64,000 bases of DNA from an uncultured Planctomycetota bacterium (GCA_963849325.1 CAWKHF010000012.1:800001-864000), one strand, 5' to 3'; positions 52,988 through 62,846 are shown, numbered from the stretch's first letter. Notes: generated from the sequence alone by a model not told the origin. Made by a program: numbers and translations.

Positions 52988-53281
52988 ATGTCCGTGAAAC
53001 AGCGCGATGAGCAGCACAAAGAGGAGCGGCACGCGGAGGGCGAGAAATCCGAGCGCCAGCAGCGAAATGTCCGGATTGGCCAACACGTCATGCGCGGCCT
53101 GGGCCAGCCGGGCAACCTCCAACTGGTGCAAGTCCGACAGCTGTGGGAGGATCGCTACCGGGTGAACATCCTCGTCGGTGTCGATGCCGCTTCGGTCAAG
53201 GTCGCGCACAGCTTTTTCTTGGAGACCGATGGCGACGGCAACGTGGTCGCTTCCACCCCGAGGATTACGAGGCAGTATTAA
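52988..53281 (+). CDS. small hypothetical protein
   Basis: LGQPGNL..VQVRQLWEDRYRVN...SFFL..DGDGNV..STP. Confidence 0.7.
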   Translation: MSVKQRDEQHKEERHAEGEKSERQQRNVRIGQHVMRGLGQPGNLQLVQVRQLWEDRYRVNILVGVDAASVKVAHSFFLETDGDGNVVASTPRITRQY

Positions 53282-53365
53282 CCGAGGATCGAAGGGACGG
53301 CCGTCCCTTTCTCCGCTCTTATGCTTCTCTCGCCAAGCGGCACCCCCGGCGCGAAAGGACCAAGC

Positions 53366-53704
53366 ATGCGAAACCTCGTGGAGATCGAGAACATCGAGGA
53401 AATGCGACGCCAGGAGGGCATTGATGATGTCGAGCTTCGCGACGAGATTCGCCGGCTCGCCGTCGGCGATTTCGTCAAGGTGACATTCCTGGCCGGCACG
53501 AAGGCGTGTGAAACCTTGTTGGTCCGAATCACCAGCATCCGCGGCCCCGCATTTCGCGGCAAGTTGGTCCACGGGCCGACCTCGACGGGGCTATCGCAAT
53601 TGCGGGCCGGATCGCCCATCGCCTTCACGACGGCCCACATTCATTCCCTCTCGAAAGGGCCGTCCACGCGAGAGCAAGGATGTCCTTCCTCCCTGAGGGA
53701 GTAG
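53366..53704 (+). CDS. small hypothetical protein
   Basis: RBS AAGGA; EIENIEEMRRQEGIDDVELRDEIRRL.VGDFVK. Confidence 0.7.
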   Translation: MRNLVEIENIEEMRRQEGIDDVELRDEIRRLAVGDFVKVTFLAGTKACETLLVRITSIRGPAFRGKLVHGPTSTGLSQLRAGSPIAFTTAHIHSLSKGPSTREQGCPSSLRE

Positions 53705-53745
53705 CTCGGCAATCTTCCTCGCCCCTAACTGGAAAGCAGGCTGTC

Positions 53746-54101
53746 ATGGCAGGCCGAATTCTGAATCGACGTGAGCTGCGCAGCAGGCCGATCAAGCGGA
53801 GAAGTCCGAAGCGGTGGCCCCGGAAGCAGGGACCGTGGTTGTTGCCGTCAAGAAAGGGGCCAAGCGGAAGGCCGCCGCGACCCCCAAGGTGAAAAAGCCG
53901 CGCAAGGTGAAGGCGCCGCCGCGCCTGCGCGCCCGCTGGTGCATCTTCGACTCGGCCATGAAGCAGATCGCGCTCTTCGACTACAACCAGCGGGCCGCCG
54001 CCGACGAAAAGCTCGTGGACCTGCTTGCCAAGAAGAAGGGCCTTCACTTCATGGGGATTGTGAAGGAACCGATGCCCGAGCCGGCGCCCGCGGTCGAGTG
54101 A
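53746..54101 (+). CDS. small Lys-rich hypothetical protein (frameshift near 53780)
   Basis: MAGRILNRRELR...KVKKPRKVKAPPRLRARWCIFD..MKQIALFDYNQR. Confidence 0.7.
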
Positions 54102-54207
54102 GTATCCTCGTCGAGAAGCGACGGGGAGAGGGATTCGTGTCTGTTTCGTTGACGGGCCTTGCTCCTCCGTGTGGAGGAAGCGGTCCTTTTCTTTGGAGAG
54201 TTCGTAA

Positions 54208-54528
54208 ATGGGTAAGAAGCTGTATGTCGGCAACCTGACCTATGGGGTGACCGACGGGGATCTCGTGAAGATGTTCGAGCCTCACGGCACGGTGGAGTCC
54301 GCTCAGGTCATCATGGACCGCGACACCGGCCGGTCCAAGGGCTTCGGCTTCGTGGAAATGAAGACCGATCAGGAAGCCCAGGGGGCCATCGCCGCCCTGA
54401 ATGGACAGGATTCGGGTGGTCGTCCGTTGACCGTCAACGAGGCGAAACCCCGAACCGAAGGGGGACGAGGCGGGTCCGGCGGTCGGGGGGGACAGGGCGG
54501 CGGCTACGGCGGCCGGCGCTCCTATTGA
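54208..54528 (+). CDS. RRM RNA-binding protein with Gly-rich tail
   Basis: RNP2 LYVGNL, RNP1 KGFGFVEM, LTVNEAKPR. Confidence 0.95.
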   Translation: MGKKLYVGNLTYGVTDGDLVKMFEPHGTVESAQVIMDRDTGRSKGFGFVEMKTDQEAQGAIAALNGQDSGGRPLTVNEAKPRTEGGRGGSGGRGGQGGGYGGRRSY

Positions 54529-54553
54529 GTCGAGCACGGTCCTTGTCCGCCCG

Positions 54554-54611
54554 ACGAGCCGTGAGTGTCCGCGAGCGGGAGCAACACCGCTCGCGGACAC
54601 TCACGGCTCGT
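54554..54611. repeat. REP-like palindrome
   Basis: acgagccgtgagtgtccgcgagcgg...ccgctcgcggacactcacggctcgt. Confidence 0.85.
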
Positions 54612-54713
54612 GTCTTTCCCCGGAATGGTCCTTCTCGGGCGGTTCCGCGTACAATGCCCTCGTCCGCTCGTCCTTGAGGGGCAAGGGGTGTGGACGGCGT
54701 TCGGAGGAAGGGC

Positions 54714-55806
54714 ATGGTCCCCGTTCGCACCGCCCTGGTCGGTTGCGGCAAGGTGGGGCAGATCCACGCCGCGGCGCTGGGGAGCCTGCCGGAGTCGGAA
54801 TTCGTCGCCGTCTGCGATAGCAGCGGCGAGCGTGCTGCCGCCTTCGCGGCGCGCTTCGGGGTTCGGCCCTACACAGACCTCGCCGTCATGCTGCGCGAGG
54901 CGCGGCCGGAATCCGTGTTCGTCTGTACGCCGCATCCGCTACACGCCGCCGCCGCGATCCCGGCCGCCGAGGCCGGCGTTCACGTCTTGGTTGAGAAACC
55001 GCTGGCCGCCACCCTGGCCGACTGTGATGCCATGCTCGCCGCGGCGCGGCGGACGGGCGTCCACCTCGGCGTTGTCAGCCAGCGCCGCTTCTACGAGCCG
55101 GTTCGCCGCATGAAGGACGCCATCGACGCCGCCAAGATCGGCGCGCCCGTGCTCGGCGTCTTCGAGATGTTCAGCTGGCGCGACCGAGCCTATTATCAGT
55201 CCGACCCGTGGCGCGGTCGCTGGGACGCCGAGGGCGGCGGCGTCCTGATTAACCAGTCGCCGCACCACCTCGACCTTCTGCAATGGTTCATGGGGGAGAT
55301 CGACGAGGTAAGCGGTTACTGGGCCAACCTGAATCATCCCTACATCGAGGTCGAGGACACGGCGGTTGCGACGCTGCGATTCAAGAACGGCGGACTCGGC
55401 TCGATCGTCGCCAGCCTGTCGCAGAAGCCCGGACTGTGGGCGCAGCGTCCACGTCCACGGCCGCAATGGCGCCTCGGTTGGCGTCGAGACGGATCGCGGC
55501 GCCACCTTCGTCGCCGGCGTCTCCGCCATCGCCGAGCCACCGCTCAACGACGTGTGGACGGTGCCGGGCGAGGAGCAGCGATTGGCCGAGTTCCAGGCCG
55601 AGGACCGCGCCCGCTTCGGCCAGGTCAACGCCACGACACATTATCACGCCCTGCAAATTCAGGACTTCCTGCGGGCCGTGCGGGAGGACCGCCCGCCGCT
55701 GGTGACGGGCGAGGACGGCCGTATCGTGGTGGCCATGTTCACGGCCATCTATCGCTCCAGCCGCGAGCGCCGCCCAGTCGCATTCCCTCCGCCGCCCGAG
55801 GGATGA
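54714..55806 (+). CDS. Gfo/Idh/MocA oxidoreductase (frameshift near 55440)
   Basis: ALVGCGKVG, HVLVEKPL, GGGVLINQSPHHLD, VEDTA. Confidence 0.9.
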
Positions 55807-55873
55807 TTGGGATGCGTTCCGGAATGACTTCCGTAAGGCGTTTGGGAGGGAGGCCGGCGGCGGGGAATTGGAC

Positions 55874-57414
55874 GTGTAGGCGTCTCTTCTGTTGGTAGAA
55901 CCGATGTTCAGGCTGCGGCCATTCGCGGTGGGGAGCGGCGCCAGAAGGCTTGCCATTGCCCTGTCTCGCTCTTGAACAGAGCCCGCAAATGACAGAGGGT
56001 GTCGGTGCCGTATTCCCGCCAGCGCATGCCCGACAGCTTGAGACGCTGGCCGACGATCGTCTTGCAAGCCGACTCCACGGCACCCGAACCGATCGACCAG
56101 CCATTGCCTACATAGGTCGGGTAATCCATGCGATGCACGTTGTTGCGGAAGTAGTTCACCGTCGCAGTCTGCTTCTCCCCAACCGCCGGCTTGCGCGAAG
56201 TGGGTAGCGCTTCCAGGATTTCCAGGACGCGGGCGCCCCCCTCGCGTTTCAACATTCGACACCATTCCCCAACCACACGCTGCCGCGTCTCCTCGTCGGC
56301 GGGGTAGAGCAGTTGGCCCAACTCCGTGAGGTATTCACTGGCATGCCAGAAGTCGAGGATCAGCACGGCATCGCGGGGAAAATTGCGGCGCACAAATTCT
56401 TCCAGGCCGTTACCGCCATCCGTCAGGCCGATCCACACCTCCGCCTTGTCCATGCCGACTTGGCCCGCCTGCTTGCGCAATTCCAGCCCCAACGAATCGA
56501 GGTCGTACAAGCCGGAAAGGTAACGCGCCTGCATGCGGGCGTCCGTCGGGGGTTGGTGTGGCGAGTCCTCGGGCAGTTCCGGGACCGGGTTGAAGATCAT
56601 CGCCACATAGGGCATGCGTCCCTCGGCCTTGCCGCCGTCTTTGGCCTGTTGACGCACGCCGGTCAGATCGATGCCGACCTAGGCGCACGGTGCGACCCCG
56701 CGCGTCCTTGTACCAGTCCCAAGGATGGGGAAAGGCCCAGGTGCCGCCCGCACGCAGGTGATCGGCCACGCGCTGGCCAGCCGCTTCGGTCGTCCGCTGC
56801 ACGGTGGTTTCGGCGACCCGCAGACCCGCCATCTCGGGCAGCACCTTCGTGGCGGCTTCTTCAAAGCCGTCGCTCAAGGTGCCGGCGAGGCCGACCAGTC
56901 GCTCGGTGGCCGGGGTGAACGAGCGTGACGTCAAGCCGACCGCCCTATCCCAGGGGGCCAACCCATACCCGCAACGGCCGCAGTAGTAATAGGCCCGCAG
57001 GCAGGGAACCTGTCCCAGCAGGCTCAACGGCGTTTTCGGGCGGTATCCCTGGAACTTCGCGGACTGCTGACAGCCGGGGCAATCGATGCCCGATCCTTGG
57101 TAGCCGAGCTTTTTTTAAGCGCTCTTGGAGGGCGACGGCGCCGAGGTGATGGACGATGTTGCGGGCTTCAAACTCGGTATCGCCGAAGACCTCGGTGTCG
57201 CCCTTGCTGACCAGCAAGCGCGCCAGGGCCAGGATGTCGCTGTCGGCACGAGCGTGAATGCGTGCCGCCAGTTCCTGGGCTTGGGCTTCCAATTCCGCGT
57301 TCAAAGGCTCGTGCAGCGACATGGGATACTCCTTCGCCAGAGTGAAGTTGCCATCATACCGCGATTTTCGCACGTCCTGGACAAAAGTTCTACCAACTCT
57401 TCAGATGCTCACAC
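55874..57414 (-). mobile_element. ISKra4-like insertion sequence (about 1.54 kb) with imperfect 28-bp terminal inverted repeats
   Basis: Left end gtgtaggcgtctcttctgttggtagaac and right end gttctaccaactcttcagatgctcacac; no clear target duplication. Confidence 0.75.
55908..57322 (-). pseudogene. ISKra4-family transposase, disrupted
   Basis: CPGC...YYYCGRC zinc finger, TDGGNG, ILDFWHASEY, IGSGAVESACK; frame change at the A7 run (57110-57116); frameshift plus TAG at 56679-56681. Confidence 0.75.
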
Positions 57415-57534
57415 TCGGGTTGCCCGGACCCCAATTTTGATGTTCATTCCTGGATAAGTTCGGTTACGATGGAGATGGCCTCCGCTTCGTACCCCGCCGC
57501 GATCGGAGGTGGGAACCCCTGACCGGAGGAGCGC

Positions 57535-58545
57535 ATGATCGACCGCCCGTCGTCCTCCGCGGCCCCGGAGAAGTGGCCCGCGGACTTCGAGTTTCGCCCT
57601 CTGCCATTTCTGAGGAACCCCCACGTGCAGACCGTCCTGGGCGTGCTGGTGCCCGGCGCGGATTGTCCGCTGCCCAACCAGCGGCGCCTCGTGTACCTGC
57701 CCGACGGCGACGCGCTGGTGCTGCACAACAACACGCCGGCCGGTTGGAAAGCCGGCGATCCGCTGGCCCTGCTCATCCACGGCCTGAGTGGTTCGCACGT
57801 CTCCAAGCACATCCGCCGCCTGGCCGCCTTGCTGCTGGCGCGGCGCGTGCGAGTCGTTCGCCTGGACCTGCGCGGCGCCGGCCACGGCCTGCCCCTGGCC
57901 CGCCGCAGCTACCACGCCGGCCGTTCCGACGATGTCCGCGCCGCCCTGGAAGAGATCCACAGCTGGAGTCCGACGTCGCCGCTGTTGCTGCTGGGCGTGT
58001 CGTTGGGCGGTGCCCTGGCGTTGAAGATGGCGGCCGAGGCGGCCGACCGTCCGCTGCCCGCCCTGGTCCGCATCGCCGTCGCCGCCCCGCCGATCGACCT
58101 ACCGCGCTGCGCCGCCCTGCTGGCCCTGCCGAAGAATCGCCTCTACGACAACAACTTCGTCCGCGACCTGACCGCACAGGTCCGCCTCCGCCAGCGCTAT
58201 TTCCCCGACCTGCCGCCGCTGCGTTTCCCGCGTCGCATGACCCTGCGCCTGTTCGACGAGCTGTACACGGCCCCGCGCGGTGGCTTCGACGACGCCGAGG
58301 ATTATTACCGCAAGGCTTCCTGCGCCGCGCTCATCCCCAACATCCAGGTGCCGACCTTGATCCTGACGGCCCGCGATGATCCGTTCATCGCCGTCGAGCC
58401 GTTCGAGCAGCTCAAAGTGCCGCCGCACATTCGGGTGCGCATCGTGCCGCACGGCGGACACATCGGCTTCCTCGGCTGGGACGGCCTGGGCGGCATCCGC
58501 TGGGCCGAACGCCGCATGGTCGAGTGGGTCCTCAACCTGTACTGA
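57535..58545 (+). CDS. YheT-like alpha/beta hydrolase
   Basis: NPHVQT, HGLSGS, YHAGRSDD, GVSLGG, ARDDP, HGGHIGF. Confidence 0.9.
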   Translation: MIDRPSSSAAPEKWPADFEFRPLPFLRNPHVQTVLGVLVPGADCPLPNQRRLVYLPDGDALVLHNNTPAGWKAGDPLALLIHGLSGSHVSKHIRRLAALLLARRVRVVRLDLRGAGHGLPLARRSYHAGRSDDVRAALEEIHSWSPTSPLLLLGVSLGGALALKMAAEAADRPLPALVRIAVAAPPIDLPRCAALLALPKNRLYDNNFVRDLTAQVRLRQRYFPDLPPLRFPRRMTLRLFDELYTAPRGGFDDAEDYYRKASCAALIPNIQVPTLILTARDDPFIAVEPFEQLKVPPHIRVRIVPHGGHIGFLGWDGLGGIRWAERRMVEWVLNLY

Positions 58546-59618
58546 TTGGTTGCTGCTGCGTCAGGCAGTGCAGCGTGCCCAGACCCCACACCAGATCGAC
58601 GGCGTGGATGCCGAGGACCGTCCGCCCCGGAAACAGGCCGGCGAGGACGTCCAGCGCGCGGCGATCGTTGGCGTCGTTGAAGGTCGGCACTAGGACGCAC
58701 TCGTTGGCGATGTAGAAGTTGGCGTAGCTCGCCGGCAGCCGTTGGCCGGCGAAGTACAGCGGCGCCGGCATCGGTAACGTGTGGATCTCCAGCGGCCGGC
58801 CGTCGAGGTCCGTCATGCCCCGCAGCCGCAGCAGGTTCTCTTGCAGCGGCTCGTAATTCACGTCGCCGCGATCCTCCTCCACCGCGGTGACGACGGTGTG
58901 CGGGCCGACGAACCGGGCCAGGTCGTCGATGTGGCCGTGCGTGTCGTCGCCGGCGATGCCGCGGCCCAGCCACAGTACCTTGCGGACGCCGAGGTAGTCG
59001 GCGAACAGGCGTTCGTAATCCTCCCGCGAAAATCCAGGGTTGCGCTGTTGCACGTCGCCGAGTAGGCATTCCTCCGTGGTCAGGAGCAAGCCCTGGCCGT
59101 TGACGTCGATGCTGCCGCCCTCCAGGACAACGCGGCGACCGTCTCTCTCGGGCCGCCACACCGGCAGCGACAACCGGGCCACGAGTCGCCGCGTCACGCC
59201 GTCGTCGCGCTGCCAGTTGGGGTACTTGGCCCAGGCATTGAACGCGAAATCGACAATGGCCACACCATCGCTTGGCTGGCCCGACGTGAGGAAGAGCGGG
59301 CCGTAGTCGCGCGTCCAGACGCGATCCGTGGGGATGTGCCAGAACGAAATACGCTCCGGATCCAAGGCTAACTTCTCGAGTACGGCGCGAGCCTTGCCGT
59401 TCGCCGCGCGCACCGTTGACCAGGATGCGCACCTCTTCCGAGCGGTGCAGGTGGCGGACGATCTCGCCGTAGACCCACGGGACCGGAGCGAACTTGTCCG
59501 GCCAATCGTCGCGCTGGTGCGGCCAGGCGATCCACGTCGCCCGGTGCGGCTCCCATTCCGCAGGCATGTGGTAGCCCAGCGGCGACGGCACGGCAAGAGG
59601 AGGGGCTTCGGGGGACAT
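58532..59618 (-). CDS. aguA: agmatine/peptidylarginine deiminase (frameshift near 59400)
   Basis: MPAEWEPH, WTRDYGP, LEGGSID, DTHGHID, ASYANF, GTLHCLTQQQP. Confidence 0.9.
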
Positions 59619-59651
59619 GACAGAAGTGTATAGACGCTCCGGATTCTGTCC

Positions 59652-59750
59652 GAGCCGCGACCGTCAGGGAGTGGGGGCAACCGCTCGCTAACGCTCGCGG
59701 CTCTGTTGGGTCGGCAACCGCTCGCTGACGCTCGCGGCTCTGTTGGGTCC
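59652..59750. repeat. REP-like palindrome with a tandem duplication of one arm
   Basis: gagccgcgaccgtcagggag followed by two copies of ggcaaccgctcgct(a/g)acgctcgcggctctgttgggtc. Confidence 0.75.
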
Positions 59751-59757
59751 GCTCGCT

Positions 59758-60528
59758 CTAATACGGAAACGTCTCATCCACCGGGGCGGCGGCCAGTTCG
59801 ATGAGGAAATCGCCCAGGCGCTCGGTCAGCACGTCCATCAAGCGCCGGCCCTTGTCGGCGGAGGCGGCCCTGGGATCGCCCAGGCCGGTGTTGGCGCTGA
59901 CCAGGTGCCAGGGTCGGGTCAGACTGATCCAGCCGCGATTGATCGCCTCGAAGCGCGACGGCTTCGCCGCGCCGTCATCTGCCAATTCGGGATGAAGGAG
60001 ATCGGTAAAGAAGGCTAAACCGAGGCTCGTCTCCACCTCGTCGGCGTGTTCACCGGGATTGTCGAACAGGCCCGGATAGACGTCGCGGGCCATGCGGAAC
60101 CAGTCGCACACGCACAGGAAGACGCCACTCTTGTGGTGCAGTTCGCGCGTCAGCGGCTTCAGTTCGTTACCACCGTGACCGTTGAGCAGCACCAACTTGC
60201 GCACGCCCTGTCGCTCCAGCGAATCGACCAGGTCGGTCAGCAGATGCAACAGCGTCGTCGGCGTGACGCTGCACGCCAGGGCGCCGGGGATGTGCAGGTG
60301 GTTGGTGTTGACGCCGTAAGGAATGGTCGGCAGCAGCGCCACGCGCGCGCCGGCCTGGTAAGCTCGCTCGCAGGCCCGTTGGCCGAGTATCTCGACCTGG
60401 AACGTATCGGTGCCGTAGGGCATGTGCAGATTGTGCGGCTCCGTCGCCCCGAAAGGCAGCACCGCCGCCTGCCAGCGCTGCTCACGGACAAAGGCGTGCG
60501 TTTGTTCCGCCAGAATGCTCTCGCGCAT
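59758..60528 (-). CDS. creatininase/amidohydrolase family protein
   Basis: GATEPHNLHMPYGTD, LNGHGGN, GEHADEVETS. Confidence 0.85.
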   Translation of the reverse strand: MRESILAEQTHAFVREQRWQAAVLPFGATEPHNLHMPYGTDTFQVEILGQRACERAYQAGARVALLPTIPYGVNTNHLHIPGALACSVTPTTLLHLLTDLVDSLERQGVRKLVLLNGHGGNELKPLTRELHHKSGVFLCVCDWFRMARDVYPGLFDNPGEHADEVETSLGLAFFTDLLHPELADDGAAKPSRFEAINRGWISLTRPWHLVSANTGLGDPRAASADKGRRLMDVLTERLGDFLIELAAAPVDETFPY

Positions 60529-60636
60529 CAAAGGATTTCCCGATGGACAATGCAGTTCCTCGTTTTATAGCGTCTGCGGAAAGGAATGTCCGCCCGTCTC
60601 GGGAATGGTCCAAGGATTTCTACCTTACCGCGGCGT

Positions 60637-61702
60637 TCACGAGGCGGGAAGCGTCTTCAGGAAGTTCTCGACTTCCTCATCGACGAGCCGGTCGAACAGC
60701 TCGCGGTCGGCGGGAGTGAACGCCGGCGAGGCGCGATAGGCACGCTTGCTCTCGGCGCGTTGGCGCTCAACGGACTCGGCGATGTCCGTGCGCAACGCCG
60801 CCCAGGAGGTCGGCGCGGATCGTCGCTTGCTCGTCGCGGTCGTTGACGTCGAGCTGCTGGAACAGTTGTGCCAGCTCCAACTCCTGCCGGCGGGCCAACT
60901 CCTGCTGGTCGCGCTGTGCGGCCAAGGTCCGGGCGAGGGATGCCGACAGGGCGCGGAAGGCCGGCGTGGCGCGAACATGGGCGATTCGGCGAGCGTGTTC
61001 CGCGGCGCGGCGCTCGGCCAGCCGACGCTCGGCGTCGCGCTTCGCCTGGCGCTGTTGCATCTCCCTGGCCAGTTGGCGGCGCATCGTGTCCTTGAGGATC
61101 TCCCTTACTCCCTCGGCGTGCAACCCGCCGTCTTTGGGGAGCTGTCCGTCTACCGCGAACGCGGTCAGGGCATCGTCGGAGAGGCCGGCCAACGTGCGGG
61201 CAGCCTCCGCGCTGGAGGTGGCGCGTTCGACATCCGCGCGCAGCAACCGGGCATGCTCGCGTTCCGTCGCTCCGGGGTGAGCGTCATAGGCGCGGAGCAG
61301 AAGGAGGGCGTTGACCGCGTCCTTGCCCTCGATGGCGCGGGTGGCGGCTTGAAGCAATGCATCGGCCTGGGAGCGCCACGCCTGTTCGAGTACCGATTGC
61401 ACCTCATCGAGGTTGATTGCGTGCTCCTCGTTCAGTGCGTCCTCCAGCTGGCAGATGGCTTCCTCCCACTGCCGTCCCGCGAGGTGCGTGCGAGCAGCTT
61501 CGATCCGGGCGGCGACGCGCTCGGTGGCACGGGCCGCCACCCGAACTTCCTGCCGTCCGCGCAGCCAGGCGCATTCAACGCCGACCAGCCCCGCGAGGAA
61601 GAGAACGAAGGCCGCGAGGTACGAAGGAGGAATCGGCCGTGACGGCCGGCGCGCCCATCGAGGCAGTGGGGGAGGAACAACGGGGGCTTCTCGGCTGGAC
61701 AT
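60637..61702 (-). CDS. membrane-anchored helical/coiled-coil hypothetical protein (frameshift near 60800)
   Basis: N-terminal TM, TPR-like helices, coiled coil; C-terminus lies in the 60637 frame. Confidence 0.65.
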
Positions 61703-61794
61703 GGCGATGCCTCATCGACGACGAGCCGCACCGGCCCACAGCGGCCGGCGAAGAACGCCTTCGCCGACGCCGCGGGCCGGTGGGGCCGTTCGCG

Positions 61795-62846
61795 TCAACC
61801 ACCGACCTGCACGACCGGAGCGGTGGAGACCTTTTCCTTGAGAACCTTCTCGAAGACCAGCTTGTAGACCTGCTCCAGTCGCGGCAGCGGCGCCGTCGCC
61901 AACAGGAGATGAACCCGGCCCGGGTTGCTCAGCTGTGGATGACGGCCGGAGCGGCCGGCGCACGCCAGCTCCATGCCGTGCTCGCGCGCAAACGCTCGAC
62001 GTGGGCCTTGCGCCAGAACAGCCGTAGGCGGACCTCGGTTTTGACGTCCTCCAGCAGGGCCAGCTTCGAGGTTTCGACGACCCAGCGCGCCTCGCGCAGC
62101 AGGACGTCGGCCTTGACCGGCCCGGCGATGATGTGCAGGACACGCCCTTCGGACGTGCAGAAATAGCTGGCGACATTGCCGCCCTGCTTCTGGCCGCCGT
62201 TGATCGTGAAGGTGCCGACCTTCTGATAGGTCGCCACAAAAGAACCGTTGAGATACTTGCCGACTTCCGGATTGGTCAATGCGTTCACACGGAACGCCTC
62301 GGCGTTGTTTCAGGTGAAGCAGGAGTCTTCAAAGTTCCCGGAGATGTGCATGACGAACAGCAGCTTCTTGTCGCGTCGGGCCAGCTGCGCCGCAGCCTCC
62401 GGGTTGTTGAGAAAAAGCACCTGCGTGCCATACGTTTCGCCGGTGGGCGGAGCGGCCGGTGCTTGCGCGGCCGGGATGGGCTTTTGGACGGGGGCCTTCT
62501 TCGGCCCCAGCGGTACAAGCGGCGGAGGCGCCTCCTCGATTAACGGCAGGCGGGAGAGCAGCACATCCTGCCGGTCGGCAGGATGGACGGCCGGCGTTAC
62601 CTCGATGGGCGGGACCGGCTCGGGTGGTTGCGCCTCGGCCTCGGACGAGGGAGTGAGGGCCGCGATGGTCGCAGCCGGCGCGGCGGCCTGCGAGGGCGTC
62701 TTGTGTGGATGCGTGACAATCCAGGCGATGACGCTGACCAGCAGCGCGAACGAAACGGCGACCGCCGCAACGATGGCCGACCCGTTGACGAGAGAGTTCC
62801 TCCTGGACGGTGGGTTGAACAACTGGGGCGGAGGGTGCGAGGACAC
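61795..62846 (-). CDS. membrane-anchored thioredoxin-fold protein with in-frame UGA in CxxU, predicted selenoprotein (SelN-like); frameshift near 61985
   Basis: GTG start with GGAGGA RBS; TM, Pro/Ala linker, ...HISGNFEDSCFT-TGA(62310-62312)-NNAEAFRVNALTNPEV... in one frame; C-terminus GRVHLLLATAPLPRLEQVYKLVFEK in the shifted frame. Confidence 0.7.
62281..62297 (-). promoter_or_regulatory. candidate bacterial SECIS hairpin
   Basis: mRNA GCGUUC-CGUGU-GAACGC, 6-bp stem starting 12 nt after the UGA. Confidence 0.55.

Noticed and set aside
59652-59750. CRISPR-like repeats
   Set aside because: Only two adjacent copies of a REP arm, with no unique spacers and no cas genes; the other palindromes are dispersed
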